Virus record (IMG/VR): IMGVR_UViG_3300035661_000004
Length of the DNA: 64,000 bases
From: a virus
Lineage: Duplodnaviria; Caudoviricetes
Strand: one strand, 5' to 3'
Shown here piece by piece: positions 19,024 through 28,996 of this stretch. The translations under genes and the position numbers were made by a program. The notes beneath the pieces are model-generated. The model did no database searches and was not told the origin of the DNA. It saw only the letters and a program-made list of their open reading frames with translations. The first letter of the stretch is position 1; each line of letters begins with the position of its first letter.

Positions 19024-19048
19024 AAGCCGACCTTAGGGTCGGCTTTTT
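19024..19048. terminator. Terminator between convergent genes
   Basis: AAGCCGACC-TTAG-GGTCGGCTTTTT. Confidence 0.85.
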
Positions 19049-19053
19049 CATGC

Positions 19054-20421
19054 TCAGCCCCACATGCTAAAGTTCATGTCGATCTTGAACGGCGTGATGC
19101 GGCCACCTTCAAGCACGAGGCGGATCGTCATCTTGCTAGGCCAGGCTCCGTGCTTGAGGAAGATGTCTGTGGCCTGGCCCTTGACCTTCTCCTTAGCCCA
19201 CGCAAGCTTGTAGCGGCTTTCGGCGCGCTTCTCGTCATCAGCCTCGTCCTCGTCCTTGACCCATGAAGGGAGCTCTTGGTCATGCTGACTCGAGACCTGC
19301 TTGACAAGCTCCTCGTACTCATCGTTCGCCGCCTTGATCTTTGGGTCACCGTAGCTAAGAGCAGTCTCGCACTTGTACTCGACGTAGGTGTCGCCCGTGC
19401 CGCGCTCCCTCTTCATCAGGTCGTCAAGGCTGATCCGGCTGTCTGTCAGGTTGTAGGTTTTCCCCATGAAGTTGAGCTTCTTTACGTAGCCCTCCCTGAT
19501 GACGTGCTCGAGCATGTCAGCCGTGTTATCAAAGCCTGCAGCGCGCTTGTTGCGTAGCGCATTAGCCTTGTACTTTAACTGGCCCACCAGCTTCTGGATG
19601 TAAGCGTTGTGGCTTGAGATCAGCACTGACGTGTGGGTGATCGACCTGGCAATGCCAAGCGTCTTAGGAACCGGCACCATATCCTTGCGCGCCTCAACTC
19701 GGTCAGCATGCTTCTGCTCGCGTTCTTTGTCAAACTTGATGATCAGCAGGTCGAGCTCAGGGAACTTGTCGTCCTTAGCCATCACCTTAGCCGCCGGGTT
19801 GGCCATAGCCCATTGATGTTGAGCGAAGAGCCGCAACAACTCTTCGACCTTCTTCACCTCTTGAAGCGTTCCCGCCTTTGGGCCGCTCTTGGTGATCCTC
19901 ACGAACTCAGACATGAAGGTCTTCTTCGTGCCAGGGAAGAACGGGGCGTCGGACTTGAAGCTACGGAAGAACTCAGACGTGCCTCGCCAAGCGAATGCTA
20001 GCGATTCCTTGTAGCCAGGTTTGCGAGCGCCTGTGCTGATCGCGTCCTGAAGGGTAATGATGAACACCTGCTTACCGTCGAGCATGTAAATGAGAGCGCC
20101 GACATCATCATGAGAGAACTCAGCAGCGGCGGCGTCAAACTTAAGCTTAGCCGGGTCAACGGCTGAGCCTCGGCCGATCTTGCTGTAGACAGTATTTGTC
20201 GTACGGTCAACGCCGTCCTTCCATTCTTCAGCCTTGCCCGCTGGAACGCCGGGCCGAGTCTTATACTCGCTCCTCTTGAAGCCGCGCCCGATCGTGGCTC
20301 CTGGCGACCTGGCGCGCCTGACCAAGGTAGTGGCAAGCTCCTTGTCAACCGCGTCTAAGTTGCCCAAGTGCTCGTCGAGTTGTTGTGGGGTGTCGTCTTG
20401 CAGCAATCCGAATAGCTTCAT
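19054..20421 (-). CDS. Large hypothetical late protein with MKLFGLLQD...LDE leader
   Basis: 455 aa, AGGAGAAGG SD, TAAATA at 20444-20449 (minus strand). Confidence 0.8.
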   Translation of the reverse strand: MKLFGLLQDDTPQQLDEHLGNLDAVDKELATTLVRRARSPGATIGRGFKRSEYKTRPGVPAGKAEEWKDGVDRTTNTVYSKIGRGSAVDPAKLKFDAAAAEFSHDDVGALIYMLDGKQVFIITLQDAISTGARKPGYKESLAFAWRGTSEFFRSFKSDAPFFPGTKKTFMSEFVRITKSGPKAGTLQEVKKVEELLRLFAQHQWAMANPAAKVMAKDDKFPELDLLIIKFDKEREQKHADRVEARKDMVPVPKTLGIARSITHTSVLISSHNAYIQKLVGQLKYKANALRNKRAAGFDNTADMLEHVIREGYVKKLNFMGKTYNLTDSRISLDDLMKRERGTGDTYVEYKCETALSYGDPKIKAANDEYEELVKQVSSQHDQELPSWVKDEDEADDEKRAESRYKLAWAKEKVKGQATDIFLKHGAWPSKMTIRLVLEGGRITPFKIDMNFSMWG

Positions 20422-20460
20422 GTAACCTTCTCCTGGTCGTGTCTATTTAGTTAGCCGTCA

Positions 20461-20466
20461 TAAATA
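20461..20466 (+). promoter_or_regulatory. Late promoter TAAATA for the neck operon (divergent partner at 20444-20449 on the minus strand)
   Basis: Two back-to-back TAAATA motifs in a 70-bp divergent intergenic gap. Confidence 0.75.
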
Positions 20467-20491
20467 GTTTATCTAGATAGGGGGAAAGGGC

Positions 20492-22270
20492 ATGACAGCC
20501 GTAAACTCACTGACGAACTACGTTGACGCTGAAGGCCGCGAGCTGCAAGTCCGGCTAACGCGCTTGAGCTCGACATCGGTCAAGATCTCATGGAACGTGC
20601 CTGAGAAGCCGTACGTCTACGCTGGCGCGATCGTGCTGGCATCGCTCACTGAGCTCAACCCGTCCAACTTTCCGACTGACAGCGTGCGTTACAGCGCATC
20701 AGCTGACTTCAACGTGCCTGCTGATCGTGTTGGCTCTGCCCACGTTGTCGGCGCTTACTATGACGACATGGTCTCGAATGAGGTTACGATCACAAACCTG
20801 CCCGAGAATGACCCGGTCTATGTCGCGGTCCACCTCGCAACGAATGTCTACACCTACTATGGCATCGGCGTTAGGTCATATCCAGACACGCAGCTTAGCT
20901 CAGCTTGGGCTCCGCACGTAGAGAACATCTACGGCCCGCCTGACAACCCTGAGCCTGGCCAGGTCTACTACGACCCGACCCAGCGGATGATGTTTGCGTG
21001 GAACGGCACCGCATGGCTGCCGTCTACCGCTCATACGGTCATCACCGGCGAGGTTGATCCAACAGCTCAGCTGCAGATCTACTCAGCTGAGTACTCTGGC
21101 TTGGGCGACGGTGGCATCCACTCATCAGCTGTAGGCACCACCGCGATCGAAGAGCAGGTGTGGACGATCATGGCCGTCTCACCGACTATCTTCACGGTGA
21201 CAGGCTCGACGCTGAGCATCAAGCCGTCGGCTATCGTAGGCGTTCCGTACAGCAACGGTTACATCAGCTTCCTGATTGAAGCAGGCCCAACTGCATACAT
21301 CCCAGGTGACACGTACACTGTCACCGTGAAGTCAGTGCCACTAACTAAGGGCTTGCCTACCGGCTACCCGAAGCAGGGTGACTTCTTCTATAACTCCCGT
21401 GATCGGCGCTTGAAGTGCTGGTCTGGCACTGCATGGGTCGAGTCGGAGGAGCCGAAGAAGGGCGTTCCGACTTACCAGCGCATCAACATCGGTGACAACG
21501 GTGAGCCAGGTCCTCGCGATACAATCAAGGACATCCTGAAGCGTCAGCTCGGTTACCCAAAGGTCTGTGTCGAGCTTGACGAAGAGCAGTTTGACATCGC
21601 GCTCAACAACGCACTGCAAGAGCTGCGCCGCCGCGTGGATTCGGCTTACTACAAGCAGTACTTCTTCTTGACGATCGTCCCAGGTCAGCAGCTGTACTAC
21701 CTGAACGACCCGACCAAAGGCCTAGATGGCATTGTAGACGTGCTGAAGATCCACCGCCTCAACATGCTTGGCTTGGTCAACTTTGGCCCCGACAACCTAT
21801 ATGCGCAGCAGTTCCTCAACCAGTTCTACTCGCCAGGCGTCGGCTATGACCTGGTCTCGATCCACCTAATCCACTCGCTGTCTGAGACCTACACCCAGCT
21901 GTTTGCGGGTGACATCGCATTCAACTGGCGCGAGGCGCGCCGCGAGCTGACCACCTACCGTACCTTCGGCCACATGGAGAAAGTGCTGGTAGAGTGCTCG
22001 ATGGAAAAGACCGAGCAGGAGCTGCTCATCGATCGGTGGACTCAGCAGTGGATTCAGCAGTGGGCCGAGTCTGAGCTCATGTTTATGCTGGCGCACATTC
22101 GCGGCAAGTTCTCGAGCCTTCCAGGCCCTGGTGGCGGTTTGTCCTTGAACGCTGACATGCTGATGTCTGAAGGCCAACGCTTGCAAGAGGACTGCGTCAA
22201 CCAGGTCAAGAACTACGAAGTCGGTCAGAATGGCCCCGATAACTTCCACATGCCTTTCGTGATCGGCTAA
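20492..22270 (+). CDS. gp13: Neck protein (T4 gp13-like) with long N-terminal extension
   Basis: C-terminal IKDILKRQLGYPKVCVELDEEQFDIALNNAL and AHIRGKFSSLPGPGGGLSLNADML. Confidence 0.88.
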   Translation: MTAVNSLTNYVDAEGRELQVRLTRLSSTSVKISWNVPEKPYVYAGAIVLASLTELNPSNFPTDSVRYSASADFNVPADRVGSAHVVGAYYDDMVSNEVTITNLPENDPVYVAVHLATNVYTYYGIGVRSYPDTQLSSAWAPHVENIYGPPDNPEPGQVYYDPTQRMMFAWNGTAWLPSTAHTVITGEVDPTAQLQIYSAEYSGLGDGGIHSSAVGTTAIEEQVWTIMAVSPTIFTVTGSTLSIKPSAIVGVPYSNGYISFLIEAGPTAYIPGDTYTVTVKSVPLTKGLPTGYPKQGDFFYNSRDRRLKCWSGTAWVESEEPKKGVPTYQRINIGDNGEPGPRDTIKDILKRQLGYPKVCVELDEEQFDIALNNALQELRRRVDSAYYKQYFFLTIVPGQQLYYLNDPTKGLDGIVDVLKIHRLNMLGLVNFGPDNLYAQQFLNQFYSPGVGYDLVSIHLIHSLSETYTQLFAGDIAFNWREARRELTTYRTFGHMEKVLVECSMEKTEQELLIDRWTQQWIQQWAESELMFMLAHIRGKFSSLPGPGGGLSLNADMLMSEGQRLQEDCVNQVKNYEVGQNGPDNFHMPFVIG

Positions 22271-22272
22271 GC

Positions 22273-22968
22273 ATGCATATCCGCCCCCTGCTTGAGCGCC
22301 CAGTCAACGTGCACGTCAACGGTCAGCTAACTGTCCTGGTCGACTTGATCAAGCGTGACTTTGGCTCCGAGCTCCGAGCAATTCCGTTCGACCAACGTTG
22401 TATGACAGCTCAAGTCGCGTACGTGTTAAGCGCCCGAACTCAAGTTCCGCTCACGGATTTGCTGAAGATCTTTGCTACCGCTTACAACAAGAAGCTTGAT
22501 CGTCAGGCGCGCTACAAGGTTGACGCTTACGGTGTTACGCCGCAACAGCTGTTCGACGCTTATGACGGGTTCAAGCTGGTAATCAAAGATAAGCCCTATA
22601 AGCTAAAGCTTAGCTTTGACCACTATACATCGGTTGAAGAGATCGTGAGCGCGGTTAAGGAAGGTCACCCTGTAATTGTCCCTTACAATTCATACGGGCG
22701 GTTTAGCAATGGTGCTAATCACCACTCTAATGAGGGGAAGTTTCATCAAAAATTCATTGATCGCCGTGGCGTTCGTGACCCGCACAGCAGCTATTATCAC
22801 GCGCTGCTTGCTGTAGGCGTTGACGAAGGCTCTAAAGAGGTAATCCTGCGAGACATTCGCTCGCTGTACCTGTTTAAAGGCTATGTCAAGGTGCCGTACA
22901 AGGCGATGCGTAACTACATCAAGATGGCGTTCACCTTTGACGCCGACTTAGAGCCGGTGCAGCCATGA
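22273..22968 (+). CDS. Papain-like (C39-like) peptidase with MHIRPLLE leader
   Basis: Putative catalytic Cys (QRCMTAQVAYVL), GHPVIV, YHALLAVGVD, VILRD. Confidence 0.6.
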   Translation: MHIRPLLERPVNVHVNGQLTVLVDLIKRDFGSELRAIPFDQRCMTAQVAYVLSARTQVPLTDLLKIFATAYNKKLDRQARYKVDAYGVTPQQLFDAYDGFKLVIKDKPYKLKLSFDHYTSVEEIVSAVKEGHPVIVPYNSYGRFSNGANHHSNEGKFHQKFIDRRGVRDPHSSYYHALLAVGVDEGSKEVILRDIRSLYLFKGYVKVPYKAMRNYIKMAFTFDADLEPVQP

Positions 22969-23324
22969 AGCTTCAACGCGTGCTAGAAGCTGTGCTGGTG
23001 CAAGTCGTGCCTAAGCCAAACTCGCCCTCCTACTTGCGTAAGCAGGCACTTGAAATGCAACAGCTGCTGGTCGATGATGACTGGGACACGAAAGTCCAGT
23101 TCACGACTACCAACACAAACATACCGTGCGTCATTATCTCGTGCACGAAAGAAGCGAGTGAGATGGACACGCCGCATGCTGATAAGGTGATCGGTTATTA
23201 CATCGCTGAGGGCTCTCATCATAATGTTAAAGGCCACGAGTATGTCAACTGGGAAGTCCACAGCCATGGCGGCTATATGACCATGTCAGACATTGTCGCT
23301 TGGCTGCATAGGACATACGCATGA
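22965..23324 (+). CDS. Hypothetical protein with MKLQRVLE leader and ALEMQQLLVD motif
   Basis: 119 aa, ATGA-coupled. Confidence 0.7.
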   Translation: MKLQRVLEAVLVQVVPKPNSPSYLRKQALEMQQLLVDDDWDTKVQFTTTNTNIPCVIISCTKEASEMDTPHADKVIGYYIAEGSHHNVKGHEYVNWEVHSHGGYMTMSDIVAWLHRTYA

Positions 23325-23348
23325 AGCTGCAAACATTGGAGACGACTA

Positions 23349-24959
23349 ATGGCTGATGAGATTACACCTACAGGCCCAGCACCGCTTGACTGCAGTCCGC
23401 CGAACCCAAAGTTCGCATACGACACGGCGCCTGCCGTATACAAGCCGCCTGAGGTCTGCATCGGCACGGTTGACTACTCGACATCAGAGTGCGCTGACAA
23501 CGAAGCCAACTACATCGCCAGCCTCCAGGCTGAAGCGCTGGAGATGGCCGCTGGCCCCGTCAATGTTTTCCCGATGCTTGGCGTTCACAGTCAAGGCTCA
23601 ACCGTTGACATGGTCACGTCGGCAGGCTATCCGCTGTCCTCGGGCGCGCCGTCAGGCTACAACGCGCTCGACACCTTCAACGTCAATGACGCTTCGTGGC
23701 GCTCTGTTCAGCAAGGTGCTGATGTCATTAGCGCGCCCGCATTCATCGGCTTCTCATTCGGCACGAAGAAGGCGTGGGACAAGCTGGGCGCGCCGCAAGA
23801 GCGGTACTTCACACCTGAGCCTGTTCGAAAGCAGGTAGGCTCGTTCAAGATCAGGCAGGGTGTGGTCGCCGAAAACCGTGCTACGAAAGCTCGAGTGGAA
23901 GCGAGCGATGACGGTCTCGAGTGGAAGCGTGTAGGAATCGTTTCCTTGCCTGACACTAGTGACCTAGTCACTGTAGGCGTGCCATCGAATGCAATGTACA
24001 ACCAGTGGCGCCTGGTGCCAATCTTCTTCAACGGTGTTTCGACCAACTCTCAGTGGGAGGTCATCGAGCTACACCTGCTTGAGGCTACAGCTACCAGCAT
24101 TGACAACATTCAGGACTTCTTCCTGATGGAGAACCGTGACAGGTCCTACAACCGTCAGTCTACTCTCCTCAAGTGTCAATATGACCTGCTTGACGTGCAG
24201 TCTGAGCTAGCAAAGTTCGGCATCAGCTTGCCACAGACCTACATCTTCACTTGCAGCTTCGCCGTCATGGTCCAGAAGCTAGGACGCCCGATCGTGGTCG
24301 GTGACGTGGTCGAGCTGCCCGGCGAGGTACAGTATGACGCCTTCTTGAAGCCTGTACGTAAGTGGCTCGAGGTGACAGACACAGCCTGGGCGACCGAAGG
24401 CTATGCATTCAACTGGAAACCGCAGCTGTTCAAATTCTATGCCCAGCCGATCATGCCATCGGTCGAGCATCGTGACCTGCTAGGCACACCAGGCAAGATC
24501 AACCAAGCGCAAGCCGATGACGACTTCTTGCTGGGCGCGCTGCAGAATGACCAAGCCTATAAGTCGACTGAAGCTATCATCCAGAAGAGCAAGGATGACG
24601 TGCCTCAAGTCGGCGGTGACCCGGCTAACATCATGTCAGGCAAGGCTATGGGCAAGCCGCCTGGCTCCTATGACGGGCGTGACCCGTATGTGCAAGACGC
24701 CTTACCTGCTGATGGTCAAGCGTTCACGTCGGGCGACGCCCTGCCGCCAGGCAACACGATCACAGCAGGCCATTTCCACCGTCAGACCTACACAAACCTC
24801 CCTGCTAGCCTGCGACCGCCTGATCGGCTGCTGAAGTGGAACGGCTCCCGCTGGAACGTGATCGAAGTCAACACGCGTGACAAGTACTCGTCGCACAAGC
24901 GGACCATCGACAAGGTGCTCGCTTCGCCGAACAAGGTTAACCTGGACAAGAAGCTATGA
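23349..24959 (+). CDS. gp14: Neck protein (T4 gp14-like) with inserted discoidin/F5-8-like domain
   Basis: FLMENRDRSY, YDLLDVQSELAKFGISL, LGRPIVVGDVVELP; insert RVEASDDGLEWK...YNQWRLVP. Confidence 0.8.
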   Translation: MADEITPTGPAPLDCSPPNPKFAYDTAPAVYKPPEVCIGTVDYSTSECADNEANYIASLQAEALEMAAGPVNVFPMLGVHSQGSTVDMVTSAGYPLSSGAPSGYNALDTFNVNDASWRSVQQGADVISAPAFIGFSFGTKKAWDKLGAPQERYFTPEPVRKQVGSFKIRQGVVAENRATKARVEASDDGLEWKRVGIVSLPDTSDLVTVGVPSNAMYNQWRLVPIFFNGVSTNSQWEVIELHLLEATATSIDNIQDFFLMENRDRSYNRQSTLLKCQYDLLDVQSELAKFGISLPQTYIFTCSFAVMVQKLGRPIVVGDVVELPGEVQYDAFLKPVRKWLEVTDTAWATEGYAFNWKPQLFKFYAQPIMPSVEHRDLLGTPGKINQAQADDDFLLGALQNDQAYKSTEAIIQKSKDDVPQVGGDPANIMSGKAMGKPPGSYDGRDPYVQDALPADGQAFTSGDALPPGNTITAGHFHRQTYTNLPASLRPPDRLLKWNGSRWNVIEVNTRDKYSSHKRTIDKVLASPNKVNLDKKL

Positions 24960-25771
24960 GGCTAACTGAAGGCATGATCAAGCTTCCATCCGTTACTGCT
25001 GAGATGCGGACTGTGATGCTTGAGTGGTACTTTGCCTATGTCGAGCGGGTCATCACGAAGCGGATGACCGGCTCTGACTTATCTGATGCTACACGGCTTA
25101 TTAGAGCGGTCGAGACTCGTCACGGCGTTAAGCTAACGCTTGCTGACATTGAGAACGGCCACCAACGGTTTCGCACTCGAAGCTTCGTCATTGATGAGAC
25201 CTTCTACGGCGTCCCCGTGGACATCACGGTAGCCATGCGGCTGATCTTTGATAAGGATGAGAAGCTCGGTCGCAGCGGGGGCATGTATGACGAGGATGAC
25301 GGCCCGTTCATCCGCTTGTCCCCGTTCAACTTACGGATGACAGGCCCGTCAATCGGCACGCTTGACTCGCTAAAAGCTTCGCTGTCCAAGGTCCCGATGC
25401 TCATCAAGATGCTTGAGCATGAGCTGACCCACCTAGTGCAGTACCAATCATTGCACTACAAGCATGGCAAGCAGACGCGCATGCACTCAGACTACGAAGC
25501 TGAGTCTGACGACTACAACCTGAGTGACATCGAGTTTGACCCGCTGATCAAGTCGGCGGTCGGGCGCTTGAAGCACCTGCAAGCAAAGTACAAGACCATC
25601 CCAGGTTACACCGAGCGCGCCCTAACCGACGCATACGTGCTCGCGGCTGACCCGCCAGAGTGGATGAACCCTGCTGATACCAGCAACTTCTTCGACACGC
25701 TCTATAACCGGGCGCCTATGAAGTGGAAGAAGGCCGTTAAGCTCTTCATGCACGAGCTTTCGGTTTCCTAA
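24956..25771 (+). CDS. Hypothetical HExxH metallopeptidase-like protein with MRLTE leader
   Basis: MLEHELTHLVQY motif; ATGA-coupled. Confidence 0.6.
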   Translation: MRLTEGMIKLPSVTAEMRTVMLEWYFAYVERVITKRMTGSDLSDATRLIRAVETRHGVKLTLADIENGHQRFRTRSFVIDETFYGVPVDITVAMRLIFDKDEKLGRSGGMYDEDDGPFIRLSPFNLRMTGPSIGTLDSLKASLSKVPMLIKMLEHELTHLVQYQSLHYKHGKQTRMHSDYEAESDDYNLSDIEFDPLIKSAVGRLKHLQAKYKTIPGYTERALTDAYVLAADPPEWMNPADTSNFFDTLYNRAPMKWKKAVKLFMHELSVS

Positions 25772-25774
25772 ATA
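25769..25774 (+). promoter_or_regulatory. Late promoter TAAATA for the ABM/AAA/VWA operon
   Basis: Overlaps the preceding stop codon; GGAGG SD follows. Confidence 0.7.
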
Positions 25775-25789
25775 GCTCCGGAGGCAATC

Positions 25790-26107
25790 ATGTCCTACAC
25801 ACTCACTACCGTTACGGTCAAGTCAACTTCAGCAGGCAAGTTCGTTAAGGACCTACCGCTGTCTAACAAGCTGCGCAAGCAAGCTTTGGCCTTGATCGAG
25901 CTCAAGAAAGTCGCGCCTGGTTTTATCTCTCGGGACCATGTGAGCGTGTCGGAGGATGGCCTGACTCTTACAACCGTTGAGGAATGGGAGACCAAGGAGG
26001 CATTTCGCGCCTTCAAGGCTGAACATCCTGAGCTCGAAGCCTACCGCGATGCGGCCCGCGAGTTCAATGCCAAGCAAGGCAACACCGTCACTATCACTAC
26101 AGCGTAA
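25790..26107 (+). CDS. Small dimeric alpha-beta barrel (ABM-like) protein
   Basis: APGFIS...TTVEEWETKEAFRAF pattern typical of ABM folds. Confidence 0.5.
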   Translation: MSYTLTTVTVKSTSAGKFVKDLPLSNKLRKQALALIELKKVAPGFISRDHVSVSEDGLTLTTVEEWETKEAFRAFKAEHPELEAYRDAAREFNAKQGNTVTITTA

Positions 26108-26113
26108 AGCCAC

Positions 26114-26317
26114 ATGAAGATCAGCAAATTTCTTGACATTGATGCGGTGCGTGAGCCCATCACCCAGCCTAAGGTCGTGCCTGTCGTTGAAGACGCTCCG
26201 GCACCCGACCCGGTCGAGTCCGTCATCTTCCCGGCGTCTGATCGCTTCAAGCACATGTTGAGTTTAATCGCTCGAGACAACAAAGAGTTGTATAATCGTA
26301 TTGTCGGGTTGGAGTAA
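26114..26317 (+). CDS. Small hypothetical protein
   Basis: 67-aa ORF filling the operon gap (MKISKFLD). Confidence 0.6.
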   Translation: MKISKFLDIDAVREPITQPKVVPVVEDAPAPDPVESVIFPASDRFKHMLSLIARDNKELYNRIVGLE

Positions 26318-26320
26318 ACA

Positions 26321-28996
26321 ATGGCGCAAGGTAAAAAGTTCTCTGTCTCGTCTGTCGTTCCTGAAAAGCGGCTAGACTACCTTGAGTCGGTGTTTGCTGA
26401 CATGAAGGCCAAGATGCACCAGACGGTCAAGGGCGGCTTGCTGCTTGCCGGCGACCCTGGTGTGGGTAAGACCTCATTCGTGCGCCAGCTGGCACAGCTC
26501 GCCGGCATCAAGCTTGTGCTGATTGAAACTCCGCACTTGGTTGAAGAGCACATCATCAACATCCCGTTCATCGTCTATCACCCTGAGTCGAACACGAGCA
26601 CCGAAGGCAAGATCGAGGCTCACAAGGCCAAGTTCGACGTTAAGCTGGCTGACTCCGACCTGTATAACCAGGTCATGCACTCCAAGATTGTGCCTGAGTC
26701 CCAGGTGCTTGCTTCGATCAAGCGCTCTCCGGCTATCAAGCACCTACACGAAGCGCTCGGCGGCACGGATGACACCTTCTCAGAAGAGGTGCAGGAGCTG
26801 CGTGAGCACTTCAACTGCATCTTGTTCCTGGACGAGTACTACCGCGAAACCTCGATGTCTATCCGCAATATCTTGCGGGGCATCCTGAACGGCAACCTTG
26901 GCTTGCATCAGCTGCCGAAGACCTGCTACGTGGTTTATGCGTCAAACATGAACGACGAGGGCGTGGAAGGAATCGCGCTCAACCAAGACTACAGCAAGCT
27001 TGAGTTTGACAATCCTGGCAAGGCGGAGTGGTTCTCTTGGTTCGTCAAGAAGTTCCAAGACAACCCGCGCGTTAAGCTGAACATGCAGCTCGTCGACAAG
27101 TTCTTTGACGCGCTTGATGACGCTGACCTCTCGCACGATGACGCCAACGCTGACGTTCGGACATCGCCACGCCGGTGGGAACAGCTGTTGCTGCTCATCA
27201 ACGCCAGCATGCCTGTCAAGAGCGAGAAGGACGCCAAGGTGCTGATGAGCCAGGTTCACACCAACTTCCGTAACTACACGACCGGCGCCAAGTCACAGCT
27301 TGCACAGAAGGTCGCTACGGCTGTCGCTGAGCTGATCAAAGACCAGTCAGGCATCGAAGTCGAGTCGAGCTGGTCGGTCGGCGGCGGCCAAAAGGGCCTG
27401 CACCCGGTTGAGCACTGGCGCGACGTGCTGAAGCACCAGCTCGAAGTCAAGATGAAGCTGGCTGAGCATCGCAGCTACGTGCCAGTCATCTCTGGCTTGC
27501 CTGGCATCGGCAAGACCTCGCACATCATCGACGTTGCTCTCGAGCTCGGCTTGGTGCCTGTCATGATTCCAACCGATACCCTTTCACCAGAAGACATCAT
27601 CGGCTTGCCGCTGTCGGACGAGAATGAAAAGGGCTCGCTGTCTGTCAAGTTCTCCGAGCCTGGCCTCTACAAAATCATCAAGAACAAGATCAAAGAAGGC
27701 GAAGGCTGGCTCAAGGAGCACCTGAAGGAGTATCACCTGGGCTCTCAAGAGCACGGCGCGGGCGCTAAGCGTTCTGAAGGCTCTGACCCGGACATCGACT
27801 GGAAAGAGTTCGAAGGCCGTGAGCACAAGTACCTGATCTTCTTCGATGAGCTGAACCGGACCTCTACCAAGGTCTTCAACGCGCTGCGTCGGATTCTCCT
27901 CGACAAGACGTTCGTGGGTGAGCCTGGTCATGAAGGCTCGCTCGAGCTGCCTAAAGGCTCGATCGTGGTCGCCGCTATCAACCCGAATGACCAAGGCACG
28001 ACTGAGCTAACCAAGCACATGCGCGACGTCCTGGACATCATCCCGGCTGGAGCTAGCTGGAACCAGACGGTCACCTTCCTCAAGACAAAGACTGAGCCGA
28101 AGCTTGCCAAGGTGCTGAAGAACCCAGAGATCGCCAAGGCTGTCTTCGAGATCACGTCGGCCTTCTACGACAAGTTCAAGGACGCTCGCAATGAGGGCAA
28201 GCATGACGGCGACAACACTGAGTTCCACTTGAACCTAGGCAGCAGCAACATCTACGTGTCGCCGCGCGAGTTCGAGGACATGTACTCGGGTGTTTGCCAC
28301 AACATGGACCCGAAAGTGTCCCGTTTCAAGCGCGAAGCGCATGATACCGACGACGCTGCAGCCGTTGACAAGATGGCGCACAAGCTGAAGCAGAAGGTCT
28401 ACGAGGCGTTTAAGCAGAAGCTCAGCTTCATCATCGAAGACAAGCACGGCATCCGCTCGCCTGACTTCTGGAATGACTTGGAGGAGTGGTTCATGACCGC
28501 CCCTGAGGCTGACCGTCTCGACCTCATTAGCAAGAAAGCGAAGGTCATGACCTTCGAGGACATCGCTGAGAAGACCTTCCGTGACACGGACTTCGTGCTG
28601 GCCAACAACATCGCCTTCACGAACTACATCCAGAACATCGATCCGGGCATCTTCAAGCAGGACTTGAACGAGTTCCTCTCGAATCGTGGCGCCCACGATC
28701 AGAAGTTCCTGATCGACGCGACCCACCTGATGCGCGAGCTGGCCGATGACAAGATCACGATCAAGCACATCGCGAACGGCCCGAAGGTTTCTCACTTCGA
28801 GTACTTCTTGCGAGAGCTCGTCCACGCTATCATGATCCACGGCTTGTCACGAGAGTTCATCCCACCGCTGAAGGAAGCTCTGCTGACCTTCCTCGGCAGC
28901 GATGCCATCAGCGATGATGAGTATGACGCCCTGGGCGACATCAATCAGCGCATGACGAAGTACATCAAGCAGCTGCTAAGCAAAGGCGTAAAGTAA
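26321..28996 (+). CDS. Tandem double AAA+ ATPase, MoxR/dynein-related
   Basis: Two Walker A motifs (GDPGVGKT, GLPGIGKT), two Walker B motifs (LFLDE, IFFDELNR), SPRRWE and SPREFE sensor-like motifs. Confidence 0.88.
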   Translation: MAQGKKFSVSSVVPEKRLDYLESVFADMKAKMHQTVKGGLLLAGDPGVGKTSFVRQLAQLAGIKLVLIETPHLVEEHIINIPFIVYHPESNTSTEGKIEAHKAKFDVKLADSDLYNQVMHSKIVPESQVLASIKRSPAIKHLHEALGGTDDTFSEEVQELREHFNCILFLDEYYRETSMSIRNILRGILNGNLGLHQLPKTCYVVYASNMNDEGVEGIALNQDYSKLEFDNPGKAEWFSWFVKKFQDNPRVKLNMQLVDKFFDALDDADLSHDDANADVRTSPRRWEQLLLLINASMPVKSEKDAKVLMSQVHTNFRNYTTGAKSQLAQKVATAVAELIKDQSGIEVESSWSVGGGQKGLHPVEHWRDVLKHQLEVKMKLAEHRSYVPVISGLPGIGKTSHIIDVALELGLVPVMIPTDTLSPEDIIGLPLSDENEKGSLSVKFSEPGLYKIIKNKIKEGEGWLKEHLKEYHLGSQEHGAGAKRSEGSDPDIDWKEFEGREHKYLIFFDELNRTSTKVFNALRRILLDKTFVGEPGHEGSLELPKGSIVVAAINPNDQGTTELTKHMRDVLDIIPAGASWNQTVTFLKTKTEPKLAKVLKNPEIAKAVFEITSAFYDKFKDARNEGKHDGDNTEFHLNLGSSNIYVSPREFEDMYSGVCHNMDPKVSRFKREAHDTDDAAAVDKMAHKLKQKVYEAFKQKLSFIIEDKHGIRSPDFWNDLEEWFMTAPEADRLDLISKKAKVMTFEDIAEKTFRDTDFVLANNIAFTNYIQNIDPGIFKQDLNEFLSNRGAHDQKFLIDATHLMRELADDKITIKHIANGPKVSHFEYFLRELVHAIMIHGLSREFIPPLKEALLTFLGSDAISDDEYDALGDINQRMTKYIKQLLSKGVK

